Below the pieces are notes generated by a model that saw only the letters and a list, made by a program, of their open reading frames with translations, was not told where the DNA came from and did no database searches. The translations under genes and the position numbers were made by a program. DNA of 40,103 nucleotides from the IMG/VR virus record IMGVR_UViG_3300029610_000017, positions 1 through 40,103 of that record; one strand, 5' to 3'. The DNA is from a virus. This document shows, one piece after another, positions 31,848 to 40,103 of the stretch; position 1 is the first letter of the stretch, and each line of letters starts with the position of its first letter.

Positions 31848-32125
31848 AATCCGTACTCAAGACCCGCCCCGGTCTGTGCTACCTCTGCAAACGGCAGGGA
31901 GACACCGCCCTCCACCATTGTTTCTTCGGCGCTGCGAACCGCTGGATGTCCGACGAAAACGGATTCGTCGTTTTCCTCTGCCCCGGTTGCCATACAGAAT
32001 CTCCGACAAGCGTTCACAAATGCCGCGACACCGACCTTTACCTCAAGCGCAGATGTCAGGCGGCATACGAAAAAAACCACACAAGAGACGAGTTTATGCG
32101 CCTTGTGGGACGAAATTACCTCTGA
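31829..32125 (+). CDS. HNH-type (beta-beta-alpha-Me) zinc-finger nuclease-like protein
   Basis: CYLC...HHCF...N...LCPGCH pattern. The ATG at 31829 lies inside the end of the upstream gene. Confidence 0.4.
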   Translation: MGKREIKSVLKTRPGLCYLCKRQGDTALHHCFFGAANRWMSDENGFVVFLCPGCHTESPTSVHKCRDTDLYLKRRCQAAYEKNHTRDEFMRLVGRNYL

Positions 32126-32222
32126 CAGCCGGCAAAGACCGACCGCCCGGCGGAGCGCATCCGTCCCAGCCGAAAGGCATAAAAAATACCGAAAAACAAT
32201 TTCGAAAGGAGATTTCCCCAAG

Positions 32223-32456
32223 ATGAACGCTGCATCACAATGCTTCAAGGTGCTTGAGCATCTGAAGTACATCGGCTCCCTGACACAGGCAAAGGCGCTT
32301 GAACTCTACGGCATAGCCCTTCTGACCTCCCGCGTCAATGACCTCAAGAGAAAGGGAATCGTAATCAACACAAGGACGATCCCGGCGAAAAACCGATTCG
32401 GCGAGACCGTCCACGTCACCGAGTACAGCTTACCGAAGGGAGAAAAATCAGAATGA
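32223..32456 (+). CDS. Winged-helix DNA-binding protein (HTH_39-like)
   Basis: VLEHLKYIGSLTQAKALELYGIALLTSRVNDLKRKGIVI. Confidence 0.5.
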   Translation: MNAASQCFKVLEHLKYIGSLTQAKALELYGIALLTSRVNDLKRKGIVINTRTIPAKNRFGETVHVTEYSLPKGEKSE

Positions 32457-32908
32457 GCGCACTTAACTTCAATCAGGCGATCTTAGCCGGTCGCCTCACC
32501 GCAGACCCCGAACTCAAAACCACGCAGTCCGGCATATCGGTGACACAGTTTACCGTTGCCGTAAGCCGCCCGAAACGTAAGGACGACAGCACCGATGCCT
32601 CCGACTTCATCTCATGTGTCGCATGGAAGGAAAGAGCCGAGCTTGTCACAAAGTACTTCCGCAAAGGCTCCGCTATCATGGTAATCGGTCAGATCCAGAC
32701 CCGCACATGGACGGACAACAACAACCAGAAGCGCTACGCGACGGAAATCCTCGTCGACAACATCCGATTCGTCGACAGCAAAGCCGACGCCGCGCAGAAA
32801 TCGCCCTCAGCGAACGAAAATGCCGGAGCGCCCTCTTATATCCCCGATGCCTATAAAGCCCCGAATTTCGAGGAAGTGACCGACGACGACGGCGATTTGC
32901 CGTTCTGA
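32453..32908 (+). CDS. ssb: Single-stranded DNA-binding protein
   Basis: OB-fold N-terminus (LAGRLTADPELKTTQSGISVTQFTVAV) and an acidic DDDGDLPF tail. Confidence 0.9.
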   Translation: MSALNFNQAILAGRLTADPELKTTQSGISVTQFTVAVSRPKRKDDSTDASDFISCVAWKERAELVTKYFRKGSAIMVIGQIQTRTWTDNNNQKRYATEILVDNIRFVDSKADAAQKSPSANENAGAPSYIPDAYKAPNFEEVTDDDGDLPF

Positions 32909-32925
32909 TAAAAGGAGAACAAACA

Positions 32926-33750
32926 ATGGCACGTCCCTTCAAGGACGGGATTGAATATTTTCCTCTTGATGTGGATTTTTTCGATGACGACAAGGTAAGA
33001 CTTCTCCGTCAGAAGCATAAGGCTAAAGGAATGTATATGCTTGTATTCCTGCTTTGCCGGATGTACAAAAATGACGGATACTATATGAAGTGGAACGGCA
33101 GTCAGGCTGAACTCATGGCAGACGACATGAGATGCGCTGACACCGTCTCCCTCACGAGGTTGGTTGAAGATGCGTTAGAATGCGGCTTCTTTGATAAGCG
33201 CATAGCGAGGACGCATGAAGTTCTGACAAGTGCAGGGATTCAGCGAAGATTTGTCCAAGCGGCAGTCAATCGCGGCACTATCCATATGATAACAGAGTTT
33301 TTTCTGCTCGACCCTCACGATGTGAGAGACGTTCCGGCTAAAGCTCTTTCAAAACTTGTCTTAAAATCAGTTATCTCCGAGAAAACCCCGGTTATCTCCG
33401 AGAAAACCCCGGTTATCTCCGATTTAATTCCACAAAAAGAAATAGATAAAGAAATATATAATCCCCCCATACCCCCCAAGGGGAAGAACGCACAGCAGAT
33501 TGCCGCTGACTCTGACTTCGAGCGGTTCTGGAAAGCCTATCCGAACAAAACCGGAAAGGAATACGCAAGGAAATGCTTTGTCAAGGTTACGGAGAACGTA
33601 AACACCCTGATTGAAGCGGTCGAACGTCAGAAGACGTGGGACAGGTGGACAAAAGAAGGCGGTAAGTTTATCCCCAATCCCTCCACATGGCTCAACCAGA
33701 AGCGGTGGGAAGATGAACCCCCGCAGGAAGCAAAACCAAGATATATGTAA
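32926..33750 (+). CDS. Replisome organizer / replication initiator (DUF4373-type N-terminus)
   Basis: FKDGIEYFPLDVDFFDDDKVRLL at the N-terminus. C-terminal FERFWKAYPNKTGK...TWLNQKRWEDE. Confidence 0.7.
   Translation: MARPFKDGIEYFPLDVDFFDDDKVRLLRQKHKAKGMYMLVFLLCRMYKNDGYYMKWNGSQAELMADDMRCADTVSLTRLVEDALECGFFDKRIARTHEVLTSAGIQRRFVQAAVNRGTIHMITEFFLLDPHDVRDVPAKALSKLVLKSVISEKTPVISEKTPVISDLIPQKEIDKEIYNPPIPPKGKNAQQIAADSDFERFWKAYPNKTGKEYARKCFVKVTENVNTLIEAVERQKTWDRWTKEGGKFIPNPSTWLNQKRWEDEPPQEAKPRYM
33370..33422 (+). repeat. 2.5 tandem copies of a 21-bp unit GTTATCTCCGAGAAAACCCCG (candidate origin iterons)
   Basis: Exact repeats followed by an AT-rich stretch at 33422..33462. Confidence 0.6.
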
Positions 33751-33764
33751 AAGGAGCAATTAGA

Positions 33765-34067
33765 ATGGAATTCATAATCGAAAAAGAACTCGTCTCCGAA
33801 GAAGAAAAGACTCTCCAACAGCTCAATTTCTGCCGCAAAGAGGAAATCAAAAAGCGGTTAACAGACGCGCGGATGCTGTATCCCGAATTTGACAGGCACT
33901 GCAAAGAAAATGACTTTGAAGCACTGATCAATTTATGGGCAGATATTCTTGAAAATTTCGACGCAGTCGATATAGGCATAGGATTCCGAATTTATTTCAA
34001 GACCAGCGGCGAGAACATTACCCCCGCCGGCTTGGTCAGGTGCATCAAAGGATTGTACGATGACTGA
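33765..34067 (+). CDS. Helicase loader-like protein (SPP1 G39P-like, putative)
   Basis: Sits between the organizer and helicase genes. Pattern W..IL..FD......F......ENITPAGLVRCI. Confidence 0.4.
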   Translation: MEFIIEKELVSEEEKTLQQLNFCRKEEIKKRLTDARMLYPEFDRHCKENDFEALINLWADILENFDAVDIGIGFRIYFKTSGENITPAGLVRCIKGLYDD

Positions 34068-35826
34068 ACTCGAATACGCAAATATGTATCTCGGCGAATT
34101 CAAGGTCGTCGGCGACGAGATAAAGCCGCTATACTGTCCCTTCTGCGGCGGCGGCAATCATCAGGATCGCTACACCTTCGCCCTGAACATGGAGAATCAC
34201 ACCTTCAACTGTATGCGCGGCTCCTGCGGCGTCAAGGGTCACTTCTCGGAGCTGTGCCGGGAAAAGAACCTCCGGTATGACGATCCGGCTGACCCGACAC
34301 CCCGCCCGAAAGCCCCGGCGAAGAAGTACAAAAAGCCGGATACAAAGCTGTTTCCCCTTGAAAACAATTCCCCGGCAATGGCATATATGCAGAAGAGGCG
34401 GCTGTCGCCCTCCATAATCGCGTATTTCGGCATTTTGAGGGACGGACAGGGAAACATAGCCCTCCCATTCTATCGTTCGTCAGAGGACAGAAAAACGGCA
34501 TCTCCGACGTTCGTGAAATACCGTCCTCCGAGGAAGGTCGAAAAGGGAGAGAGAAAGATGTGGCGCGAGACCGGAGCCGAGCCGATACTCTTCGGCATGG
34601 ATCTGTGTACCTTCGGCACAAAATCTCTCATCATCACCGAGGGAGAGTTCGACTGCATGGCTGCGTTTCAGGCTTTCTCGGAGAAGCGCCCCATGAACGT
34701 CGTCTCCGTACCCTCCGGTGCCGAGGATTTCACATGGCTCGATACCTGCGCCGAATTCCTCGAAAAATTCGATAAGTTCGTCATCCTCGGCGACAGCGAC
34801 GAGCCGGGAAAGAAGATGGCTGCCGAGCTTGTAAAGAAGCTCCCCGGAAAGAACATCCTCCTCCCCGACTACGACGCATACCTCGGATGCAAGGACATGA
34901 ACGAGCTGCTTGTCCGTCACGGAGAACAGGCGGTAGTAAACGCACTTGCCGCCGTGAAGGAAACCCCGGTCGAAGGTCTTATAAACTTCGCCGACGTGCA
35001 GATGACGGATATACTGAAGCTCCCGCGCACTCTGTCGGGAATAAAATCCCTCGACAAAAAGGTCGGCGGCTTCCTTGAGGGTGACCTCACCGTCTGGACG
35101 GGTAAGCGCGGATGCGGAAAATCCTCCGTCCTCAACCAGATCGGGCTTGACGCAATAGATCAGGGCAAAAACCTCTGTATCTATTCCGGAGAGATCCCGG
35201 CTGACAGGCTCAAGTATCAGATAACCTGCTGTGCCGCCGGAAGGGAAAACCTCTCCTTCGTCCGCGACGAGAGGACCGGAAGAGACGTTGTCACGGTCGG
35301 CAGAGACACCGCCGGAAAGATAGACCGCTGGCTCGACCGCCGCCTGTGGCTCTACGACAACAGGATAGTCCAGACCGACGAGAGAGACAGCATAATAAAT
35401 ATCTTCACCGCCGCATACAGACGATATGATTGCCGCGTCTTCATTGTGGACAACCTGATGACCGTTGCCCTCGCCGCAAAGCCCGGTGAAATGTATCAGG
35501 TTCAGGGTGAGTTCGTCATAAGGCTGAGAAAATTCGCCGAGAAGTACGGAGTTCACGTCCATGTCGTCGTCCACCCGAGGAAAACAAACGACGAGATAAA
35601 GGACAGCGACGAGGTCGGCGGCTCCGGCACGATAACCAATATCGCCTGTAACGTCTTCACCGTCATGCGCGGCGTCGAGGAAAACGATATCGCCAAAATC
35701 CGCTGCCTGAAGTCAAGAATGTACGGCGAGACCGGAGACTTCGAACTGAAATACGACCCCGTTTCCCGACGCTTCTCAGAGGAGTACGCGGGAGCAAAAA
35801 TCTACGGATGGGAGAAATTATCATGA
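34060..35826 (+). CDS. Bifunctional primase-helicase (zinc finger, Toprim, DnaB/RecA-type NTPase; T7 gp4/Twinkle-like)
   Basis: CPFCGGG...C..GSC finger, Toprim motifs TEGEFDC and GDSDEPG, Walker A GKRGCGKSS, Walker B FIVDNL. Confidence 0.85.
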   Translation: MTELEYANMYLGEFKVVGDEIKPLYCPFCGGGNHQDRYTFALNMENHTFNCMRGSCGVKGHFSELCREKNLRYDDPADPTPRPKAPAKKYKKPDTKLFPLENNSPAMAYMQKRRLSPSIIAYFGILRDGQGNIALPFYRSSEDRKTASPTFVKYRPPRKVEKGERKMWRETGAEPILFGMDLCTFGTKSLIITEGEFDCMAAFQAFSEKRPMNVVSVPSGAEDFTWLDTCAEFLEKFDKFVILGDSDEPGKKMAAELVKKLPGKNILLPDYDAYLGCKDMNELLVRHGEQAVVNALAAVKETPVEGLINFADVQMTDILKLPRTLSGIKSLDKKVGGFLEGDLTVWTGKRGCGKSSVLNQIGLDAIDQGKNLCIYSGEIPADRLKYQITCCAAGRENLSFVRDERTGRDVVTVGRDTAGKIDRWLDRRLWLYDNRIVQTDERDSIINIFTAAYRRYDCRVFIVDNLMTVALAAKPGEMYQVQGEFVIRLRKFAEKYGVHVHVVVHPRKTNDEIKDSDEVGGSGTITNIACNVFTVMRGVEENDIAKIRCLKSRMYGETGDFELKYDPVSRRFSEEYAGAKIYGWEKLS

Positions 35827-35936
35827 ATAAATATCAGGAATATGAGGACGCAAAGGAAATCCTGAAACACCTTCCCCTGACCCCCGAACAGTACGAACAG
35901 GCGCTGAAACAACTCGCCGAGGAGTTAGGGATATGA
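35823..35936 (+). CDS. Hypothetical 37-aa protein (not in the ORF track)
   Basis: ATGA overlaps at both ends link it to the flanking genes. Confidence 0.4.
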   Translation: MNKYQEYEDAKEILKHLPLTPEQYEQALKQLAEELGI

Positions 35937-36967
35937 CCCACACCAAAGGCGAACTTCAGCAGATGCAGTCCCTCCCGCTCGACCTTAAGATAGCAATGAC
36001 CGAGCGCCGGATACGCGAGTTTTACGACTACTACGACGGCATGGTGTCGGTCAGCTTTAGCGGCGGCAAGGACAGCACGGTGCTGCTTGATATCACAAGG
36101 CGCTTATATCCCGATGTTCCGGCGGTTTTCGTCAACACCGGCTTAGAGTACCCCGAAGTGCAAACCTTCGCCAAATCGCAGGAAAACGTCATCGTGCTTC
36201 GTCCGGCGATGCGTTTCGATGAGGTAATACGCAGGTACGGATATCCCATGATAAGCAAGGATACAGCCCACCTCCTGTACTATGCCAGACGCGGGTCGGA
36301 ATCAGCAAATCTCAGACTTCATGGAAAAAATCGCGACGGCTCCCTATCGTGGTACAGGAGCCGGTTTGTAAAGTATAGTGAGCTTTTGTCTGCCGACTTT
36401 TGCATATCCGATGTCTGCTGCGACCGGATGAAAGAAAGTCCGGCAAAGCTATATCAGCGCAGCTCCCGCAGATATCCCATCTTGGCTACTATGGCATCTG
36501 AAAGCGGGAGACGCGAAATCGCATGGATGAAGACCGGATGCAATATCGTCGGCACGAAAATCGCCGTATCAAAGCCCATGAGCTTCTGGACGGAGCAGGA
36601 TGTCCTGCGCTACATAAAGGAGCGGGATCTCCCTATCGCCTCCGTCTACGGCGAGATCGTACCCGAAAGCGATCCCGGACAGGTGACTATCGACGACTTC
36701 GGATGCGACAGCGGATGCAAGCTCTGCACTACAGGAGCAAAGAGAACCGGATGTATTTTCTGCGGATTCGGTGCGCACCTTGAAAAAGGCGAGACCCGCT
36801 TTCAGAGGCTTAAGCGCACGCATCCAAAGCAGTACGCCTACTGTCTCGGAGGAGGGGCATATGACGAGGACGGTCTGTGGAAGCCGGACAAAAACGGTCT
36901 TGGCATGAAGCACGTCTTCGATGTTCTCAACGAAATCTACGGAAAGGACTTTATCAGATATGAGTAA
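35933..36967 (+). CDS. PAPS-reductase-family PP-loop protein with a C-terminal Cys cluster
   Basis: SFSGGKDST PP-loop and CKLCTTGAKRTGCIFCGFG. Confidence 0.75.
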   Translation: MTHTKGELQQMQSLPLDLKIAMTERRIREFYDYYDGMVSVSFSGGKDSTVLLDITRRLYPDVPAVFVNTGLEYPEVQTFAKSQENVIVLRPAMRFDEVIRRYGYPMISKDTAHLLYYARRGSESANLRLHGKNRDGSLSWYRSRFVKYSELLSADFCISDVCCDRMKESPAKLYQRSSRRYPILATMASESGRREIAWMKTGCNIVGTKIAVSKPMSFWTEQDVLRYIKERDLPIASVYGEIVPESDPGQVTIDDFGCDSGCKLCTTGAKRTGCIFCGFGAHLEKGETRFQRLKRTHPKQYAYCLGGGAYDEDGLWKPDKNGLGMKHVFDVLNEIYGKDFIRYE

Positions 36968-37295
36968 ATACCACAACCGCAAAACCACCCTCCCCACCGG
37001 CGAGACCTTCGACAGCCAACGCGAAGCCCTCCGGTACATAGACCTTGCAATCCTCGTAAAAGCCGGATACATAACCGACCTGAAGCGTCAGGTAAAATTC
37101 ACATTGATTCCGAAGCAGCGCCTGAAATCCGGCAAAGCCCTCCGCGAATGCGCATACGTCGCAGACTTCACCTACACCGACACCCGCACCGGAGAGCATA
37201 TCGTCGAGGACGTAAAGGGACACCGCACACCGGAGTATATCATCAAAAAAAAGCTCATGCTCCACCTCTACGGAATCGAGGTGACCGAGACATGA
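36960..37295 (+). CDS. DUF1064-family protein (nuclease/resolvase-like fold)
   Basis: MSKYHNRKT...FDSQREALRY...YVADFTY...VEDVKG. Confidence 0.65.
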   Translation: MSKYHNRKTTLPTGETFDSQREALRYIDLAILVKAGYITDLKRQVKFTLIPKQRLKSGKALRECAYVADFTYTDTRTGEHIVEDVKGHRTPEYIIKKKLMLHLYGIEVTET

Positions 37296-37471
37296 CCTTC
37301 GCCAAAACCCTCCATCAGCAGGGCAAGCTCACCCGCATCCACCCGGAGCGGAAAATAAAGCACAACCCCGATCCTCTCCACCCGGACGAGATCGAGATGT
37401 GCCTGACCTGCGAAAAGAAAACCTGTCGCGGATGCGAAAATAAATTCAGAGAAATGAGGAAAACAACATGA
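37292..37471 (+). CDS. Hypothetical zinc-finger protein (59 aa)
   Basis: ATGA overlap. CLTC...CRGC. This is the 3' part of track ORF 37148..37471. Confidence 0.45.
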   Translation: MTFAKTLHQQGKLTRIHPERKIKHNPDPLHPDEIEMCLTCEKKTCRGCENKFREMRKTT

Positions 37472-37719
37472 CCCTCTCCCGCAAAACCCGACAGGAAATG
37501 CACGACGAGCAGATACGGAGCAACACTCTCTCCCTCTGCTATCTCGCCGCCGTGCTGACGCTCGACGGAAAATTCGGATTCGGCGAAAAACGGATACAGA
37601 AATTTGTTGCCGAGTTCGAGCAGACAATCAAAGATTACACGGAGAGATACGGAGAAGTTGCTCACGAAGCACTTGAAAAACACGTAAACGAAAAAGGAAT
37701 CGAGGCTGAATGGAAATGA
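37468..37719 (+). CDS. Hypothetical protein
   Basis: ATGA overlap, 83 aa. Confidence 0.5.
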   Translation: MTLSRKTRQEMHDEQIRSNTLSLCYLAAVLTLDGKFGFGEKRIQKFVAEFEQTIKDYTERYGEVAHEALEKHVNEKGIEAEWK

Positions 37720-37997
37720 AAGCGGGAAAAGACGTACTCAAGTTAGTAAAAGACCTTAATCGACACGAATCGAAGGCGGCAAAACTTAGACAAGCCCTTT
37801 GCGACAGATTCTGCGACGATTTCGATGGCTGTTATATCGGCGACTTCTTCATCGTTGATGAGCCGCAGGGCGACGAGCAGGACGACGGCGAATGGTGTGA
37901 CCAGTATACAGGCTACGAATGTGACACCGGAAGCGGCACTTACTACTATGCCGTCGAAGGATCGAAGAAGTATATCGCCATTACATATGGCTTCTAA
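37710..37997 (+). CDS. Hypothetical acidic Cys-containing protein
   Basis: 95 aa, overlaps the upstream gene. Confidence 0.5.
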   Translation: MEMKAGKDVLKLVKDLNRHESKAAKLRQALCDRFCDDFDGCYIGDFFIVDEPQGDEQDDGEWCDQYTGYECDTGSGTYYYAVEGSKKYIAITYGF

Positions 37998-38011
37998 GGA
38001 GGAATTCAACA

Positions 38012-38293
38012 ATGCACCCGACACTTAAAACCGCCCTCGATACCTTCGGGGCATACGCTCAGACTGTCGTCGCGATAGAGGAGCTGTCCGAGCTTCAGAA
38101 GGAGCTTTGCAAAGCCATCCGCACCGGCATCGGCGACCCGGAAAACCGCGACCACATAGCAGAGGAGATCGCCGACGTGTACATCATGCTTGAGCAGATG
38201 GAAGCCCTCTTTGACGTGTCCGAGGACGTCCCGCTTTACAGAATAGCAAAAATCGACCGCCTCGGAAAGAGACTGAAGGAGAATGCAAAATGA
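38012..38293 (+). CDS. MazG-like nucleotide pyrophosphohydrolase
   Basis: EELSELQKELCK ... EEIADVYIMLEQ, the EExxE and ExxD helices. Confidence 0.6.
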   Translation: MHPTLKTALDTFGAYAQTVVAIEELSELQKELCKAIRTGIGDPENRDHIAEEIADVYIMLEQMEALFDVSEDVPLYRIAKIDRLGKRLKENAK

Positions 38294-38775
38294 CAATAAA
38301 TCTCCCCGTCAGCATCGGCGATCACGTCTACTTCATCCGCGATCACGAAAACCAAAAACGCATAGCCTTCGGCACGATAAAGGAGATATTCTTCTCTCAG
38401 GATATGCGCCTCATGATCCGCGTAAAAGGATACCGAGCCGCCGAATGGGGCGTGAAAGCCTTCAGAACGCGCAAGGAAGCCGAGACCGCCGTCGGAAATA
38501 CCGTGTGGGAAAGCGCAAGCGACGCGCAGAAAAACGCGACAGCGGTGTATAATGCCATGGTCGAGTACGTCAGAAACGCGCTCACCGAATCAAGGGAATC
38601 GCAAAAGAAGCTCGCCGACCGGGCAGGAGTTTCACAGGGAACCGTCACAAACTTCCTCTCCGGAGGACACTCCGTCGGCACTAACCTGACGCTTGCGCTC
38701 CTTGAAGCCTCCGGAATCGACACCTTTGATATGTTCTATACCTACATCGACAAAAAGGAGGAGGAGGGGAAATGA
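38290..38775 (+). CDS. Protein with a C-terminal XRE-type HTH
   Basis: SQKKLADRAGVSQGTVTNFLSG. Confidence 0.55.
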   Translation: MTINLPVSIGDHVYFIRDHENQKRIAFGTIKEIFFSQDMRLMIRVKGYRAAEWGVKAFRTRKEAETAVGNTVWESASDAQKNATAVYNAMVEYVRNALTESRESQKKLADRAGVSQGTVTNFLSGGHSVGTNLTLALLEASGIDTFDMFYTYIDKKEEEGK

Positions 38776-39005
38776 AAATACAAGAAGCGATTGAAAATTT
38801 GAAATATCTTATAAGTGATGATTGCACCGACAATCAAATGGATTTTGTTGAAGAAATCGAAATGGCAATAAATGCACTTGAAAAACAAATACCACAAAAA
38901 CCTATTGAAGATGGTTATTATGGTTTGCCTTGCGTTTGTCCTTGTTGCGGTCAAGCACTCGATTTTACCGACCACCCAACCGAGAAAGGCGGTGAGGAGG
39001 AGTGA
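38772..39005 (+). CDS. Hypothetical protein (CVCPCC motif)
   Basis: First gene of the AT-richer block. Confidence 0.45.
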   Translation: MKIQEAIENLKYLISDDCTDNQMDFVEEIEMAINALEKQIPQKPIEDGYYGLPCVCPCCGQALDFTDHPTEKGGEEE

Positions 39006-39283
39006 AATGGGATGATAGTGTGTCGTTTGCAGGCTTGTCTAAGAAAATAAATGATTGGTATGCCGACAAGGAGTTTGAATTATGCGACCCACCAATCGAA
39101 GCCCAATATGCACTCGATTTAATCTTCAAAGCACTAATTGATGATAAAGAGCATTATCCTTATTTAACTGCTATGCCTGAATCAACAGAACAAACCAACA
39201 GCATTATGCTTGATTTAATTTTAAGGAAATATAGCAGAAAATATCGAAGGTATTTAAAATCATTGAAAGGCGGTGAGAGGTGA
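39002..39283 (+). CDS. Hypothetical protein
   Basis: GTG start preceded by AAGGCGGTGAGG. Confidence 0.45.
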   Translation: MKWDDSVSFAGLSKKINDWYADKEFELCDPPIEAQYALDLIFKALIDDKEHYPYLTAMPESTEQTNSIMLDLILRKYSRKYRRYLKSLKGGER

Positions 39284-39507
39284 TGGCTGAATATGAAGTA
39301 AGAGATGTTGTTTGCGATTATGGAGTGTATGAGGACGGAGAACTGAAATTGATACTTAATTCAAGACGGATTGCGCTACAAATCGTTGAATTGCTAAAAG
39401 AAGATGAGCGCATACACAGAGAATTAAATCCTATCAAGGATTATCCGCCATATTTAGATAGACCTAAGCACACACGCACAACAAAAGAAAGAGGCGGGGA
39501 GAAGTGA
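39280..39507 (+). CDS. Hypothetical protein
   Basis: Start preceded by AAGGCGGTGAGAGG. Confidence 0.45.
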   Translation: MMAEYEVRDVVCDYGVYEDGELKLILNSRRIALQIVELLKEDERIHRELNPIKDYPPYLDRPKHTRTTKERGGEK

Positions 39508-39659
39508 AACCAAAAAGAATAGTTTGGTTTATTGAGAAAAACATTCGTGGAGCTTGGGTTGTATATGGCATTGAAGGAATAAAGCAATATTATGGATATA
39601 CAAAAGCACAGGCAAAACAAAAATATATTGAAGATTGCAAAACCATTGTGGTTTGTTAA
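39504..39659 (+). CDS. Hypothetical 51-aa protein (not in the ORF track)
   Basis: GTGA overlap, GAGGCGGGGAG ribosome-binding site. Confidence 0.35.
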   Translation: MKPKRIVWFIEKNIRGAWVVYGIEGIKQYYGYTKAQAKQKYIEDCKTIVVC

Positions 39660-39671
39660 GGCGGTGATTAA

Positions 39672-39830
39672 GTGGAGAGCATAGAGAAGTGCGGAAACAA
39701 ACGGAATAAAAGATTGTTTTGCAAACACGAATACAAATACAAAGAACAAATGCTTATAAATACATGTATGCAGAAAATGATTGTTTATAAGTGTGAAAAA
39801 TGTGGAAAGGAAAAGTGCAAAATTATATGA
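39672..39830 (+). CDS. Hypothetical 52-aa Cys-rich zinc-ribbon-like protein (not in the ORF track)
   Basis: GTG start after AAGGCGGTGA. CKH...C...CEKCGKEKC. Stop overlaps the next ATG. Confidence 0.35.
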   Translation: MESIEKCGNKRNKRLFCKHEYKYKEQMLINTCMQKMIVYKCEKCGKEKCKII

Positions 39831-40103
39831 TTGATAAAGGTTTATTTATTGAAAACACAAAGGCAATGCTTGAAAGTGATAATTGCGGACTTGTTTCTGA
39901 CGGCGACCATAGTTTTAATGACTTATATCATCACAGAGCGATTTTGACTGCTTCATTGTTTAACTGCAACAAGGATATTTGTTGGAAATCAAAGTTACAC
40001 GATACAGGCGATATGTTTTACGGATATTTCATTGTTGGAATTGACACAAAACAAGGAAGTGCAACATATCATTATCCGCTTGAATATTGGAGTTTGTTTG
40101 ATG
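39827..40103 (+). CDS. 5' part of a wrap-around CDS (128 aa when circularised), WDGH-motif phage protein
   Basis: ATG at 39827 overlaps the upstream stop (ATATGA). The ORF runs off the window end and continues in frame through the repeat to the stop at 207..209. Contains the motif APKWDGHT. Confidence 0.6.
   Translation, partial: MIDKGLFIENTKAMLESDNCGLVSDGDHSFNDLYHHRAILTASLFNCNKDICWKSKLHDTGDMFYGYFIVGIDTKQGSATYHYPLEYWSLFD
40005..40103. repeat. Terminal direct repeat, copy B
   Basis: Identical by eye to 1..99. Confidence 0.95.

Larger units (their letters stand above)
1..40103. mobile_element. Complete temperate siphovirus-type phage genome (circular or terminally redundant assembly, 40,004 bp unique)
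   Basis: Identical 99-bp ends. Full set of packaging, head, tail, lysis, integration, immunity and replication modules in canonical order. Confidence 0.85.

Overview
The first 99 bp (1..99) are identical to the last 99 bp (40005..40103), so the window is a complete phage genome from a circular or terminally redundant assembly, with 40,004 bp of unique sequence. It looks like a temperate siphovirus of a Gram-positive, Clostridia-like host. The evidence is strong GGAGG-type ribosome-binding sites, holin plus amidase lysis with no spanin, and families such as Cys-rich KTR, BclA-C-like, SHOCT and TM2. Nearly all genes are on the + strand. The order is: late activator candidate, ParB-like protein and terminase (0.9-3.5 kb); portal and a MuF-type minor capsid protein (3.5-6.9 kb); an accessory island inserted in the head module (7.1-10.2 kb); scaffold, capsid, connectors, tail, tape measure and tail tip (10.3-21.9 kb); a separately promoted small-ORF/LRR cassette, then holin and endolysin (21.9-24.8 kb); attP with a tRNA 3' fragment and integrase arm repeats (24.9-25.4 kb). 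A minus-strand lysogeny block follows at 25.4-29.0 kb (integrase, a membrane-anchored XRE protein, an XRE plus SHOCT-TM2 operon). Then come the early, recombination and replication genes (29.0-38.8 kb) and a visibly AT-richer block of small genes that crosses the circular junction. The most unusual item is a roughly 350-nt locus at 28571..28962 on the minus strand. It has its own near-consensus promoter and intrinsic terminator and many GNRA- or A-rich-capped hairpins, but no convincing ORF. It sits where a cI-type repressor gene normally sits, divergent from the early operon. Other notable items: face-to-face consensus promoters; a 13-nt element conserved upstream of three late promoters; a capsid protein with a C-terminal HExxH domain; a self-contained papain-like moron; a likely origin inside the replisome-organizer gene; and several coding ORFs under 60 aa that are missing from the supplied track. 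All family assignments come from motif recognition by eye. No database search was run.
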